From: a virus
Reading direction: 5' to 3' (one strand)
Length of the DNA: 64,000 nt
IMG/VR virus record: IMGVR_UViG_3300020450_000017
Location: 1-64,000 of that record
Positions 39,994 to 50,275 of this stretch are shown piece by piece (position 1 is the stretch's first letter; every line of letters starts with the position of its first letter). Under the pieces are notes generated by a model. It made no database searches, was not told the DNA's origin, and saw nothing but the letters and a program-made list of their open reading frames with translations. The translations under genes were made by a program, and so were the position numbers.

Positions 39994-41463
39994 ATGAAAA
40001 AAGGTTATATTCCTAAAGAGGAAAGAAAAAAGATACTATTCCTCTGCGATGATATTAGACTCCATAGTGGAATAGGAACTATGGGAAAAGAAATAGTCCT
40101 TAATACAGCTCACCATTTTAATTGGGTTAATTTAGGTGCAGCAGTAAAACACCCTGAACAAGGACAGGCATTTGATTTAAGTCCCGAAGTTAATCAAGTT
40201 ATAGGGATTGAAGACTCTAATGTAAAAGTGATTCCCTGGAGTGGATATGGAGATGATAATATAATTAGACAACTCCTTAATCGGGAAAAACCAGATGCAA
40301 TACTTCATTTTACTGATCCTAGATATTGGACCTGGCTTTATAGAATGGAAAAAGAAATTAGAACTAAAATCCCATTAGTATTTTATACTATTTGGGATGA
40401 TTTACCTTACCCCATGTATAATAGAGATTTTTATCGTTCTGATGATCTTCTTCTTTGTATTTCAAAACAAACTAAAAATTTAGTTGAAAATGTTCTTAAA
40501 GATTTTCCTAAAAAAGATTGGCAAACCCAATACGTTCCCCATGGTATAAATGAAACTTCATTTTATCCTGTTATTAATGATTTAGAATTTGAAGTATTTA
40601 AGGATAAATTCTTTGAAGAACAAGAATATGATTTTGTAGCATTTTGGAATAATAGAAATATTAGACGTAAAAACCCGGGTGACGTAGTTACTGCTTGGAA
40701 AATTTTCACAGATCAATTACCTAAAGAAAAAGCAGAACGTTGTTTACTTATTATGCACACGGATCCTGTAGATGGAAATGGTACAGATATACCTGCAGTA
40801 ATTAAAACTATGTGTGATCCTGAAAGAAATAAGGTTAAGTTTACCTTTGGTAAATGTGATCACAAAACCCTAAACTATTACTATAATTTAGCAGATGTAC
40901 AATTTATGATGACAGATAATGAAGGTTGGGGATTATCTCTTACTGAAGGGCTTATGGCGGGTAATATGATTATAGCTCCTGTTCAGGGTGGTATGCAAGA
41001 CCAAATGCGTTTTGAAGATGAAAACGGTGATTGGATTAATTTTACAACTGAATTCCCTACTAATAGTAATGGTAAATATAAAAAATGTGGTGAGTGGGCT
41101 ATACCAATGTGGCCTAAAACCCGTTCATTAAAAGGTTCACCTCCTACTCCTTATATCTATGCCACACAAGTAGATATTGAAGATGCTGGTTTAGCCTTAT
41201 TAGAATGTTATAACTTAGGTAAAGAAGAAATTAACCGTAGAGGACTTAAAGGAAGAGAATGGTTACTTTCTGATGAATCTAAAATGACTGCTTCTAATAT
41301 GGGACAAAATTTTATAGATAATATTGATAATTTATTTAAAAATTGGGAACCTGTAAGTAGGTTTTCTATAGAAAAAGTGGATAACGGGAATACCACATAT
41401 AACCCAAATTCGGTACAATATACTCCTGAATTTGAACAAAAATTAAAAAAAGTTTTAGCATGA
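39994..41463 (+). CDS. Glycosyltransferase (GT-B, GT4-like)
   Basis: VPHG, NRNIRRK, YN.AD, EGWGLSLTE. Confidence 0.85.
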   Translation: MKKGYIPKEERKKILFLCDDIRLHSGIGTMGKEIVLNTAHHFNWVNLGAAVKHPEQGQAFDLSPEVNQVIGIEDSNVKVIPWSGYGDDNIIRQLLNREKPDAILHFTDPRYWTWLYRMEKEIRTKIPLVFYTIWDDLPYPMYNRDFYRSDDLLLCISKQTKNLVENVLKDFPKKDWQTQYVPHGINETSFYPVINDLEFEVFKDKFFEEQEYDFVAFWNNRNIRRKNPGDVVTAWKIFTDQLPKEKAERCLLIMHTDPVDGNGTDIPAVIKTMCDPERNKVKFTFGKCDHKTLNYYYNLADVQFMMTDNEGWGLSLTEGLMAGNMIIAPVQGGMQDQMRFEDENGDWINFTTEFPTNSNGKYKKCGEWAIPMWPKTRSLKGSPPTPYIYATQVDIEDAGLALLECYNLGKEEINRRGLKGREWLLSDESKMTASNMGQNFIDNIDNLFKNWEPVSRFSIEKVDNGNTTYNPNSVQYTPEFEQKLKKVLA

Positions 41464-42782
41464 TACCAACTACAAAACCAACTTGTATAGTCAGTTGCCC
41501 TATAGATACTTTTAGTGGTTATGGGCATAGATCTAGAGATTTTGTTCGTTCTTTAGTTAAGGTTAAAGGAGAAGAATGGAATATACAAATCTTACCCCAA
41601 AAATGGGGCAATACACCTTGGGGGGCACTATCTGATAATGACCCATTAAAACAATTATACCACCCGGGAGGAGAATCTAAGCGCCCCGAAATTTGGGTGC
41701 AAATAACTATCCCTAGTGAATTTCAACCTACTGGACAATTTAATATAGGTGTAACCGCGGGTATAGAATCAACGGTACCGCCCCCAGACTGGATAAAAGG
41801 AATGAATAGAATGGATTTAAATTTAGTATCTTCAAACTTTACTAAAGATACTTTTAGCCAAGTTAAATTCACAGAAAATGACCCACAAGGGCAACCAATA
41901 GGTGAAGTAAAATTAGAAAAACCTATTGAAGTTTTATTTGAGGGATTAGATACAGGGGTATACTTTAAAGAAGTAAATAAATCAGGATTATTAGATGATA
42001 TAGATGAAAATTTTTGTTTCTTATTTACAGGCCATTGGTTACCTGGTAAATTTGGGGAGGATAGGAAAGACGTAGCTACACTAATTCAAACATTTTTAGA
42101 AACTTTTAAGGATAAAAAGAATAAGCCAGCATTACTGTTAAAAACAAATAAAGTAGATTATAGCTTATTAGATAAAGAAGAAATCCTTAATAATATTAGG
42201 CAGATTAGAAATAAGTTTAAAAATAAAGAAAACTTACCTAATATCTATATTTTACATGGTGAGTTTACAAATGAAGAACTTAATAAAATTAATAACGACC
42301 CTAAAATTAAAGCTTTTATATCATTTACAAAAGGTGAAGGTTTTGGTAGGCCACTTTTAGAACAAGCTATTACTGGTAAACCCGTAATTACTACAAATTG
42401 GAGTGGTCATACTGATTTTATCCGCCCAGAATACAATGTATTATTAGGAGGAGAATTAAAACCCGTCCACGAATCAGCTGCTAATAAATGGTTATTAAAG
42501 GAAGCAAATTGGTTTAATGTAGATACTAAAGTAGCCTCAAAAGCTATGAGTGACGTGTTTAAAAATTATAGAAAATATATTGAAAATAGCCGCAAACAAA
42601 CTAAATTCCTTACAAATAACTTTAGTATTGATAAAATGGCTGAGGTATTAAAATCCCATGTGGATAAAGTAAAACCTGTAATGAATGTACCATTAGTATT
42701 GCCTAAACTAAAGCAAGTAAAAAATACATTACCCGAAACACCAAAGTTAAAATTACCTAAATTAAGTAAAGTAAATGGATAA
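41460..42782 (+). CDS. Glycosyltransferase (GT-B, GT4-like)
   Basis: SGYG..SR, RKD, GEGFGRPLLE...GKPVI.T.WSG..DF. Confidence 0.85.
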   Translation: MIPTTKPTCIVSCPIDTFSGYGHRSRDFVRSLVKVKGEEWNIQILPQKWGNTPWGALSDNDPLKQLYHPGGESKRPEIWVQITIPSEFQPTGQFNIGVTAGIESTVPPPDWIKGMNRMDLNLVSSNFTKDTFSQVKFTENDPQGQPIGEVKLEKPIEVLFEGLDTGVYFKEVNKSGLLDDIDENFCFLFTGHWLPGKFGEDRKDVATLIQTFLETFKDKKNKPALLLKTNKVDYSLLDKEEILNNIRQIRNKFKNKENLPNIYILHGEFTNEELNKINNDPKIKAFISFTKGEGFGRPLLEQAITGKPVITTNWSGHTDFIRPEYNVLLGGELKPVHESAANKWLLKEANWFNVDTKVASKAMSDVFKNYRKYIENSRKQTKFLTNNFSIDKMAEVLKSHVDKVKPVMNVPLVLPKLKQVKNTLPETPKLKLPKLSKVNG

Positions 42783-43230
42783 CTTAACAGAATGCCCTTG
42801 TTGTGGGTCTAATGCTTGTTCTAAAACTACTGCTCATGACGGCAATGAAATTTATTTATGCTGGACATGTGGTATGTCTACTACTAGTGAGTTAATTGAT
42901 GGAAGTGATTTTGAAAAAAATAATTTTTCTCAAACCGCTGAACTTATAAAAGACCTAAAACAAGTCCATAATAGTTTAGCCTGGTATCCCAAAGTTATTA
43001 ACTTACCTGAAAATGGAATGGTATTTCCGGAATGGAATAAAAGGATGAAAGATTGGTATTGGGCATCTGTGAAAGCAGTTCCCATAACTGAAGAAGAAAA
43101 GGATAAATACCCAAATCCTAATAACCCCGGAGAATACTATAATTTTAAAATGGACATCAAAAACATAAAAAGATTTAACAAAGTATGTTTTATGGATGCC
43201 GCCGAATATATTGGAATGTTTGAATCATGA
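42775..43230 (+). CDS. Zinc-ribbon hypothetical protein
   Basis: CPCCGS...CWTCG. Confidence 0.6.
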   Translation: MDNLTECPCCGSNACSKTTAHDGNEIYLCWTCGMSTTSELIDGSDFEKNNFSQTAELIKDLKQVHNSLAWYPKVINLPENGMVFPEWNKRMKDWYWASVKAVPITEEEKDKYPNPNNPGEYYNFKMDIKNIKRFNKVCFMDAAEYIGMFES

Positions 43231-43853
43231 AAAATCCAACAATAAGTTTTGCTATTCCTGTTCATAATGAACATGAAGAAATAGATAGGTTATTAAACCA
43301 ATTAATAAAATACAAAAAGACTGAAGACGAAATTATAGTCCAGTGTGACCAGGGAAATACTACGAGTAATGTGTATAAGGTATTAGATAAATATAAAGAT
43401 CAAATACATGTAATTGAATTTCCACTTAATCGTGACTTTGCTACTTTTAAAAATAATTTAAAAAATAATTGTAAAGGAGATTGGATATTTCAAATTGATG
43501 CCGATGAGATTCCCGATGAATACTTAATTGATACTGTACATTATTTCTTAAAAGAAAACCCCGAGATAGAAGTATTTTGGGTACCTAGAATTAATACTGT
43601 AGATGGAATTACCACAAAACATATGCAAAAATGGGGCTGGCAAAAAGATAACCAGGGCAGAATTAATTTTCCTGACTATCAATGCCGTATACTACAAAAC
43701 ACCCCTAAAATACAGTGGGTAAGTAAGGTACATGAAGTATTACATGGCCATAGTAGCCAAACTCAATTACCCGCAAATCCCGAATTTTGTTTAATCCACC
43801 CAAAAACTATAGATAGACAGGAACATCAAAATAAACTTTATAGTACTATATAA
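43227..43853 (+). CDS. Glycosyltransferase (GT-A, GT2-like)
   Basis: IPVHNE, DFA.FKN, WIFQIDADE, PDYQ.R, VHE. Confidence 0.85.
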   Translation: MKNPTISFAIPVHNEHEEIDRLLNQLIKYKKTEDEIIVQCDQGNTTSNVYKVLDKYKDQIHVIEFPLNRDFATFKNNLKNNCKGDWIFQIDADEIPDEYLIDTVHYFLKENPEIEVFWVPRINTVDGITTKHMQKWGWQKDNQGRINFPDYQCRILQNTPKIQWVSKVHEVLHGHSSQTQLPANPEFCLIHPKTIDRQEHQNKLYSTI

Positions 43854-43857
43854 TACA

Positions 43858-43889
43858 TTTGGATTTGTAAATGTATTTTTGTATATTCA
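43858..43889 (+). promoter_or_regulatory. Bacteroidota-type promoter for inner sugar cassette
   Basis: TTTG-N20-TATATTCA. Confidence 0.65.
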
Positions 43890-43910
43890 CTAAATAAAAT
43901 AAAATAATTA

Positions 43911-44885
43911 ATGTTAAATTTTGAAAATATAGGAGATAAGTTTGTTCAAACTGTAAACTCCGCTGAATGGAATGCACTCCAAGATAAGTTTAATCAGTGC
44001 AATGAAATATTTGTATTAGGGCATGGTGGTAACTTAGCTATAGCTGACCATGCCGCAGTAGATATTACTCGTCTTTCTAACGGAAAGAAAAATGCTGTAG
44101 CACCTGGGTCTGCTATTGTTAATACTTCACTTATTAACGATACAAACTGGGACCAATGGATGGTTTCATGGCTAGAAGCTAGAACCCGAAACAGAACCAA
44201 ATCCCAACTTAAAAACACATTAGTATGGGGTATTAGTTCTTCAGGTAAAAGTACAGATATCATTAAGGCATTACAGTGGGCAGAGCAAAATGGCTTACAA
44301 ATAGCATGTACTACTTCATATCCTTTAGTTGAAAAGGTTCCTAATTTAACTGAGGTAGTTTTAGGTGCTGATTACTACCACACAGCAGAGGTATTAACAC
44401 TCCTTTTAAGTTACCAATTAACCCACGGATCAGGAGCTGAATGTCCCCCTATTGGTAGAAATACTCCTGAAGAACTTGAAAAACTTAACTGGAATAAGGG
44501 TATTAGAGAACATTCTTACCCTGATGAGCAAGTTAATTTAGGGGTTGACTTTGATAAAGTAATTCATAAATGCTCTAAAGGGTTCTATGATGGGACTGTA
44601 TATGATGATCCAGTAGATGGAGTTGAAGAAGCTCTTAAAACCCTATCAGAGAAATATACCCTTATTTGTTATACTGCTAAAGCTAAACCAGACCGAGGAC
44701 TAGTAAATGGTAAAACAGGAACCCAATTAGTTTGGGAATGGCTAAAACACCATAATTTAGATAAATATATATCCAAAGTAACAGCTGAAAAGCCAAGAGC
44801 AGTAGCTTATATTGATGATAAAGCAATAAGGTTTACTGATTGGAATTCTTGCATAACACAACTTAAGGATTTTAACATTTTATGA
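43911..44885 (+). CDS. SIS-domain sugar-phosphate isomerase (GmhA-like) fused to HAD phosphatase
   Basis: G.GGN.AIA.H, GISSSG.S.DII.A; then VDFDKVI...YIDD.A. Confidence 0.75.
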   Translation: MLNFENIGDKFVQTVNSAEWNALQDKFNQCNEIFVLGHGGNLAIADHAAVDITRLSNGKKNAVAPGSAIVNTSLINDTNWDQWMVSWLEARTRNRTKSQLKNTLVWGISSSGKSTDIIKALQWAEQNGLQIACTTSYPLVEKVPNLTEVVLGADYYHTAEVLTLLLSYQLTHGSGAECPPIGRNTPEELEKLNWNKGIREHSYPDEQVNLGVDFDKVIHKCSKGFYDGTVYDDPVDGVEEALKTLSEKYTLICYTAKAKPDRGLVNGKTGTQLVWEWLKHHNLDKYISKVTAEKPRAVAYIDDKAIRFTDWNSCITQLKDFNIL

Positions 44886-45862
44886 GTACAATTCAAATAT
44901 TAATCCATGCTCTTCCTAGAGAAATAGATGGCTTAGAAAGAGTTTGTGATCAATTACATAGGAGTTCATTTTTTTTAGAAAACTCCGATAAAGTAAATCT
45001 AGATATAACTTTAAACCTATCGGATGAATTTACTGACTGGGAAAATAGTTCTTTACCTAAAGAATTCTTTATTGATAAATTTAAAGCTATTGAAATAAGA
45101 TCTGATTGGACTAATAAAAATTATTTTGAAATCAGTCATGGTGATATCTGTTCTGGGTGTAATGATAAAAGAAGAAACAGTATAAGACAATATTCAGACC
45201 AAGTATCTCATTTTCTTTATGCTGATCCTGATATTGCTTTTCCTATATGGGGGCTATATTATATGTTTAGGGCTATAGAATCCATTAACACAAATTACCA
45301 TATTATTTCGGGAGAAGTTCTTAAATTATGGGATAATAGCTGGGATTCTATAGTTAATGAAAGATTCATAAATATACCCATAGATCTTGAAGATTTCCCA
45401 AATCGAAAAGTAAGATTTTATAAAGAATTTGACCCTTATAGATTAGACTCAGAATTTTTTACTAATATAGATTCTACAGATATTAAAACAGTTCCTAATT
45501 TTAAATTTGCAGGCGGTTTATTTACCTGTTTTTCTTCCAATCTATTAAAATTTATAGATATCCCGGATGAATTAGGATCATATGGATTAGATGATACTTA
45601 TGTACTACAGTGTTCTCAATTAATGAAACAAATGGGTTATGATATTCAACAATATGCTGTTAAAAATTTAGTAGTGTGTGAAAGTAGAAGATATAAGCAT
45701 TTCCCTGCGGGCTTTCAAGATAAAAACGTAGAACCTAACCCTTATATTAAATTTTTAGCCCAAAAAGTTAATGAAAATGACCGGGATAATTTAGCCGAAA
45801 ACGCTAAAAAAGCATATCCCCATCTTATAAATAAATTTATACAACGAGCCAATAAAAAATAA
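44882..45862 (+). CDS. Glycosyltransferase-like (GT-A)
   Basis: YADPDI DxD motif, GG.F...S, YG.DD. Confidence 0.6.
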   Translation: MSTIQILIHALPREIDGLERVCDQLHRSSFFLENSDKVNLDITLNLSDEFTDWENSSLPKEFFIDKFKAIEIRSDWTNKNYFEISHGDICSGCNDKRRNSIRQYSDQVSHFLYADPDIAFPIWGLYYMFRAIESINTNYHIISGEVLKLWDNSWDSIVNERFINIPIDLEDFPNRKVRFYKEFDPYRLDSEFFTNIDSTDIKTVPNFKFAGGLFTCFSSNLLKFIDIPDELGSYGLDDTYVLQCSQLMKQMGYDIQQYAVKNLVVCESRRYKHFPAGFQDKNVEPNPYIKFLAQKVNENDRDNLAENAKKAYPHLINKFIQRANKK

Positions 45863-45865
45863 AAA

Positions 45866-46639
45866 ATGATTAAATATTTAAATTTTGTTTTACCCGAACC
45901 TGACAGAAATGGGGCTGATAAGCCTGATTATAAAATTAATTTAACATGGGAAATGTTTCAGTCTTTTAGAGATGAGGCGAGAATATCTAAAAAATTTAAT
46001 GATTTTCTTAAGGGAAAAAGTGTTGTATTAGTAGGTCCTTCCCCCTATTTAGAAGGAAAAAAAAGAGGTGAATTTATAGATTCACATGATGTAGTAATTA
46101 GAATGAATAAAGGGTGGAAAATTGAACCTAATATGGTAGAAGATTATGGTTCTAAAACCGATATTAGATGGCATTGTATGATGGATCATCACCACCACGG
46201 AGGGGACTTTGATGTAGAAGGTATGGTAGATTATGGGGTAGAATGGTTAGCATCTCAATTCCCTAGAAATCTAGATTATTTCCATAATGATAATATTAAG
46301 TTCGAAACAATAAATGAAGGAAGAGTTAAATTCCATTGTTTTGCTGATTTAATATATTTTCTTAATATACACATGGCTCTTGAAACCCGCCCTAATGTAG
46401 GACCTACAGCAGTAGCTGAATTAATTAATTATGATATTGATAGCCTTCATTTAATGGGTGTTTCGTTTTTTAGAGATGGGTGGCATAAGGGTTATAAGGA
46501 AGGATATGCCTTAGAACGAGCAACTGCTGCGGGGCATGCCCAAGAACCTCAAATGTATATGCTTAAATTAATTTTAGAAAACGAATCTAGATTTACTATG
46601 GATGAAGAAATAAAAAATATTATATATAATACTTTATGA
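45866..46639 (+). CDS. GT29 sialyltransferase-like protein
   Basis: Sialylmotif-L-like VVLVGPS..L.....G..IDSHDVVIRMN......DYGSKT; P..G; L.G..F; late H. Confidence 0.7.
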   Translation: MIKYLNFVLPEPDRNGADKPDYKINLTWEMFQSFRDEARISKKFNDFLKGKSVVLVGPSPYLEGKKRGEFIDSHDVVIRMNKGWKIEPNMVEDYGSKTDIRWHCMMDHHHHGGDFDVEGMVDYGVEWLASQFPRNLDYFHNDNIKFETINEGRVKFHCFADLIYFLNIHMALETRPNVGPTAVAELINYDIDSLHLMGVSFFRDGWHKGYKEGYALERATAAGHAQEPQMYMLKLILENESRFTMDEEIKNIIYNTL

Positions 46640-47268
46640 GTAAAAATATAGTTTTTATCCCTATAAAACAAATCTCAGAAAGAGTTCCAAATAAGAATTT
46701 TAGATCTTTTCAAGGAAAAACATTATGGGAACATACTATAGATAAACTTAAATCTTTTAAAGTTTATATAGATACTGATTCTTCTTCTATTATAGAAAAA
46801 TGCAAATCTAAACCATGGGTAACTACTTATAAAAGAAATTCTAATTTATTAGGTAATAGGGTTTCTGTAGTTGATATCCTAGATAATTTTATAACTAAGT
46901 ATAATATTACAACTCCTATATGTCAAATACATGTAACCTCTCCTCTTTTGCAAGTAGAGCATATTAATCATTCTTTTAGTTTAATAAATAAAGATTTTGA
47001 TAGTGTATTCGGTGTTACTAAAACACAAAAACGTTTTTGGGGAGAAAATGGTTTACCTTTAAATCATAACCCTAAAAAGTTACTTCCCACTCAGGATTTA
47101 CAAGTGTGGTATGAAGAAAATTCATACTTATATACTTTTAAACCTAAAGTTATAACGGAGTGTGGAAATAGAATAGGGGGACATTTCCATATGATGGAAA
47201 TAGGTTTTCCTTATAATTTAGATATAGACACAGAAGATGATTGGAATCTTATAAATAAGTTAATATAA
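46636..47268 (+). CDS. Acylneuraminate/ulosonate cytidylyltransferase (NeuA/KdsB family)
   Basis: IP.K..SERVP.KN, DTD, H.TSP, EENS..Y, DIDT..D. Confidence 0.85.
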   Translation: MSKNIVFIPIKQISERVPNKNFRSFQGKTLWEHTIDKLKSFKVYIDTDSSSIIEKCKSKPWVTTYKRNSNLLGNRVSVVDILDNFITKYNITTPICQIHVTSPLLQVEHINHSFSLINKDFDSVFGVTKTQKRFWGENGLPLNHNPKKLLPTQDLQVWYEENSYLYTFKPKVITECGNRIGGHFHMMEIGFPYNLDIDTEDDWNLINKLI

Positions 47269-48680
47269 TGAAACCTATATTAATTAGTATTTCAGGTAAA
47301 TCAGGTGTAGGAAAAACTACTATATCTAATATATTAGCTCAATGTATTAGAAAGTCAAATTGTACTATATTAAGCACAGATGATCTCCATAAATATGAAC
47401 GTAATAATCCTGCATGGGATAGTGTAACTCACTTTAACCCTAAAGCTAATAATATAGAATTAGGGGATTTTCATATTTCTCAATTACTTAAAAGTAAACC
47501 CATTTATAGATCACATTATAACCATGATACAGGAGCTTTTGATCCCCCGGTTTGTATTTCACCTAAACCTTTTATTATTAATGAGGGATTACATGCTTTC
47601 TATAGTGATAAAATGGAACAACTTTCTGATTTTAAAATCTATGTCGATACGGATGAAGAGTTAACTAAATTATGGAAAATAAAAAGAGATACAAAACATA
47701 GAGGAAAATCTAAAGCAGAAGTATTAAAAACTATTAATTCTAGAAAAAAAGACGAACATTATATAGAATCTCAAAAATCTAAAGCAGATTTAATTTTAAA
47801 ATTTTATTTAAAAGATAATGTAGTTAATTTATCTGTATCTAAACCTATTAAATCTTTAGTATTTAAAAAAATTATAGATAACTTAATTGAATATTTTAAT
47901 AATATAAAAGTATTAGTATCTTTATCTAAAAAATATGGATGTAATCCTTCCTATATTCAGGGTCCCGCAGGTAATATTAGTGTAAAATATTTAAATAACA
48001 TGTTTATAAAATCAAGTGGAACTAAATTAGAAAACGTTGATTATTTTAAAGGATGGAGTAATATAGATACTAATTATGTTAATGAATATTTTTCATTTAC
48101 TAAAACTTTAGATGACACTAAATATTTTAACATATTAAATGAATCTGTACAAAACAATACAGTTCCCTCAATGGAAAGTGGAATGCACAGTGTTTTAAAA
48201 AAATATGTTATTCACACACACCCTAATGAGTTACTAGAAATATTAAGTAATAAAGATTGTGAAAATATACTTTTAAATCTTTATCCTGATTTAAACTATT
48301 GTTTTGTTCCTTTATTAATGCCCGGATTAGATTTATTTGAGTTTATATCTAAACAAAGTAAAATATATGATGTATATTTTTTACAAAATCATGGATTAAT
48401 AGTAAATTCTGATAATATAGATGAGTTAGAAAACTTACATAGTTTAGTACATACTAGAATTAAACAAGGTTATATTCCCCCAAAAGAAAAAACCTATAAA
48501 AAATTTGGGTATTTAACACCTGATGAGTACATTTTTCGTGAATGTAAAGAATCATGGTATATTAACATGAAAAATTATTATGATTTTATAAGAGATAATT
48601 ACGATTGTAATTTTATAAATAAAGATTTTTTATATAAACTAGATAATCTAGAATTTGAAAAACACCGAAAATCACTATGA
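47268..48680 (+). CDS. Phosphoribulokinase/uridine-kinase domain fused to class II aldolase/epimerase domain
   Basis: GKSGVGKTT, DD.HK.ER, EGLH; then GNISVK, IKSSG, PSME..MH, HTH, LQNHGL. Confidence 0.8.
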   Translation: MKPILISISGKSGVGKTTISNILAQCIRKSNCTILSTDDLHKYERNNPAWDSVTHFNPKANNIELGDFHISQLLKSKPIYRSHYNHDTGAFDPPVCISPKPFIINEGLHAFYSDKMEQLSDFKIYVDTDEELTKLWKIKRDTKHRGKSKAEVLKTINSRKKDEHYIESQKSKADLILKFYLKDNVVNLSVSKPIKSLVFKKIIDNLIEYFNNIKVLVSLSKKYGCNPSYIQGPAGNISVKYLNNMFIKSSGTKLENVDYFKGWSNIDTNYVNEYFSFTKTLDDTKYFNILNESVQNNTVPSMESGMHSVLKKYVIHTHPNELLEILSNKDCENILLNLYPDLNYCFVPLLMPGLDLFEFISKQSKIYDVYFLQNHGLIVNSDNIDELENLHSLVHTRIKQGYIPPKEKTYKKFGYLTPDEYIFRECKESWYINMKNYYDFIRDNYDCNFINKDFLYKLDNLEFEKHRKSL

Positions 48681-49504
48681 AAGTTATAATTCCTATGGCT
48701 GGTTTAGGCCAACGTTTTGTTAATAAAGGGTATAAAAATCCTAAACCTTTTATTTGGGTAGATGATAATTGTATTATAAATAAGGTAGTCAATATGTTTG
48801 ATAAAAACGATGAACTTATTTTTATATGCAATGAACGCCATCTAAAAGAAACAGATATGCATGATAGGTTAAATAAAATACATAAAAATTCCCATGTTGT
48901 ATCTGTGCCTGAACATAATAGGGGTCCCGTATTTACTGTACTTCCTTATTTAGATATGATTGATGATGATGAACCCGTCATAATATGTTACTGTGATAAT
49001 CCTTATTTATGGGATTATGAAAAATTTAAAAAATGGGCTAAAACCACTAAAACAGATGGGTGTGTTTTAACTCATACTGGATTCCATCCCCATAGATTAG
49101 CTTCTACTTATATGGCTTATTGTAAAATGAAAGGTAATCAAATGGTTGAAATAAAAGAAAAAGAACCATATACTAATAATCATTGGGATGAACACGCTTC
49201 TACTGGAACTTATTATTTTAGAAAAGGTTCTTATATTAAAAAATATTTTCAAGAAACCATTGATAGAAAAATTAAACACACTAATGGTGAATATTATGTA
49301 ACTTTAGTATATAATTTACTTATTCAAGATGGTTTAGATGTTAGAATATATGATACAGATTTTGTTACTGTATTTGGCACTCCTAGTGAGCTAGAAAACT
49401 ATAAAGCCTGGTATACCATTATAAAAGGTGAGCAAGTAAAAAATAAAACAGATTTAATTAATTGTTATGAATACTGGAACAAGTACTTTTCACATAGCGA
49501 GTAA
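48677..49504 (+). CDS. Sugar nucleotidyltransferase-fold protein
   Basis: IIPMAGLGQRF...GY..PKP, CD, IKEK, G.YYF, NGEYYV..YN, FGTP.EL. Confidence 0.85.
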   Translation: MKVIIPMAGLGQRFVNKGYKNPKPFIWVDDNCIINKVVNMFDKNDELIFICNERHLKETDMHDRLNKIHKNSHVVSVPEHNRGPVFTVLPYLDMIDDDEPVIICYCDNPYLWDYEKFKKWAKTTKTDGCVLTHTGFHPHRLASTYMAYCKMKGNQMVEIKEKEPYTNNHWDEHASTGTYYFRKGSYIKKYFQETIDRKIKHTNGEYYVTLVYNLLIQDGLDVRIYDTDFVTVFGTPSELENYKAWYTIIKGEQVKNKTDLINCYEYWNKYFSHSE

Positions 49505-49826
49505 AAACTCAACTAACCAAAAAACAGCACTAGTAGATATTGATGAAACTATATGCTTTTATTCTGGAGAAAGAAGATATGATTTATCCGAACCTAATTT
49601 TAAAAATATAGCTAAAATAAATAAACTATATGATGAAGGGTGGAAAATAATATATTGGACTGCCCGGGGGTCTATGACAGGTAAAGATTATACCGAACAT
49701 ACTAAGACCCAATTAAGTGAATGGGGTTGTAAATACCATGAATTAACTATGGGAGTAGGTAATAACCCTAAACCCTATTTTGATTTAGTAATAGATGATA
49801 GAGCAAAACGAATTGAAGAATTATGA
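49467..49826 (+). CDS. Small HAD phosphatase (capsule biosynthesis phosphatase-like)
   Basis: VDIDETIC, WTARG, KP..D..IDDRA. Confidence 0.8.
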   Translation: MNTGTSTFHIASKNSTNQKTALVDIDETICFYSGERRYDLSEPNFKNIAKINKLYDEGWKIIYWTARGSMTGKDYTEHTKTQLSEWGCKYHELTMGVGNNPKPYFDLVIDDRAKRIEEL

Positions 49827-50275
49827 AACTAATTTCACATAGGGGTAATATTAATGGTATAAATCCACTTTACGAAAACACTCCTGAATATATAGATAAA
49901 GCTATTAGTTTAGGCTATGACGTAGAAATAGATGTATGGTTTACTGATAAATTATATTTAGGTCATGATTTTCCTGAGTATAATATTAATGAATTATGGT
50001 TAAAAGATAGATCTGAAAATTTATGGGTTCACTGTAAAAATTTTAATGCTTTATCAAAATTAATAGATACCCCCCTTAAAGTATTTTACCACCAAAAAGA
50101 AAACCATACTATAATAGGGAATAGTAACATTATATGGTCTCATCAGATAGATGAAGCTAATAATAAATCAATAATTCCTCTTTTAGATAAAAAAACATTA
50201 CAGAATTGGGCCCCTAAACATGTATTTGGTGTGTGTTCTGATTATATAACCTTATTAGAAAATGAAAAAAATTAA
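49823..50275 (+). CDS. GDPD/PLC-like phosphodiesterase-fold protein
   Basis: ISHRGN, EN, DVEIDVW, LGHD, HCKN, GVCSD. Confidence 0.75.
   Translation: MKLISHRGNINGINPLYENTPEYIDKAISLGYDVEIDVWFTDKLYLGHDFPEYNINELWLKDRSENLWVHCKNFNALSKLIDTPLKVFYHQKENHTIIGNSNIIWSHQIDEANNKSIIPLLDKKTLQNWAPKHVFGVCSDYITLLENEKN

Noticed and set aside
47268-48680. Calvin-cycle phosphoribulokinase auxiliary gene
   Set aside because: Fused to a class II aldolase inside a glycan locus with no carbon-fixation genes
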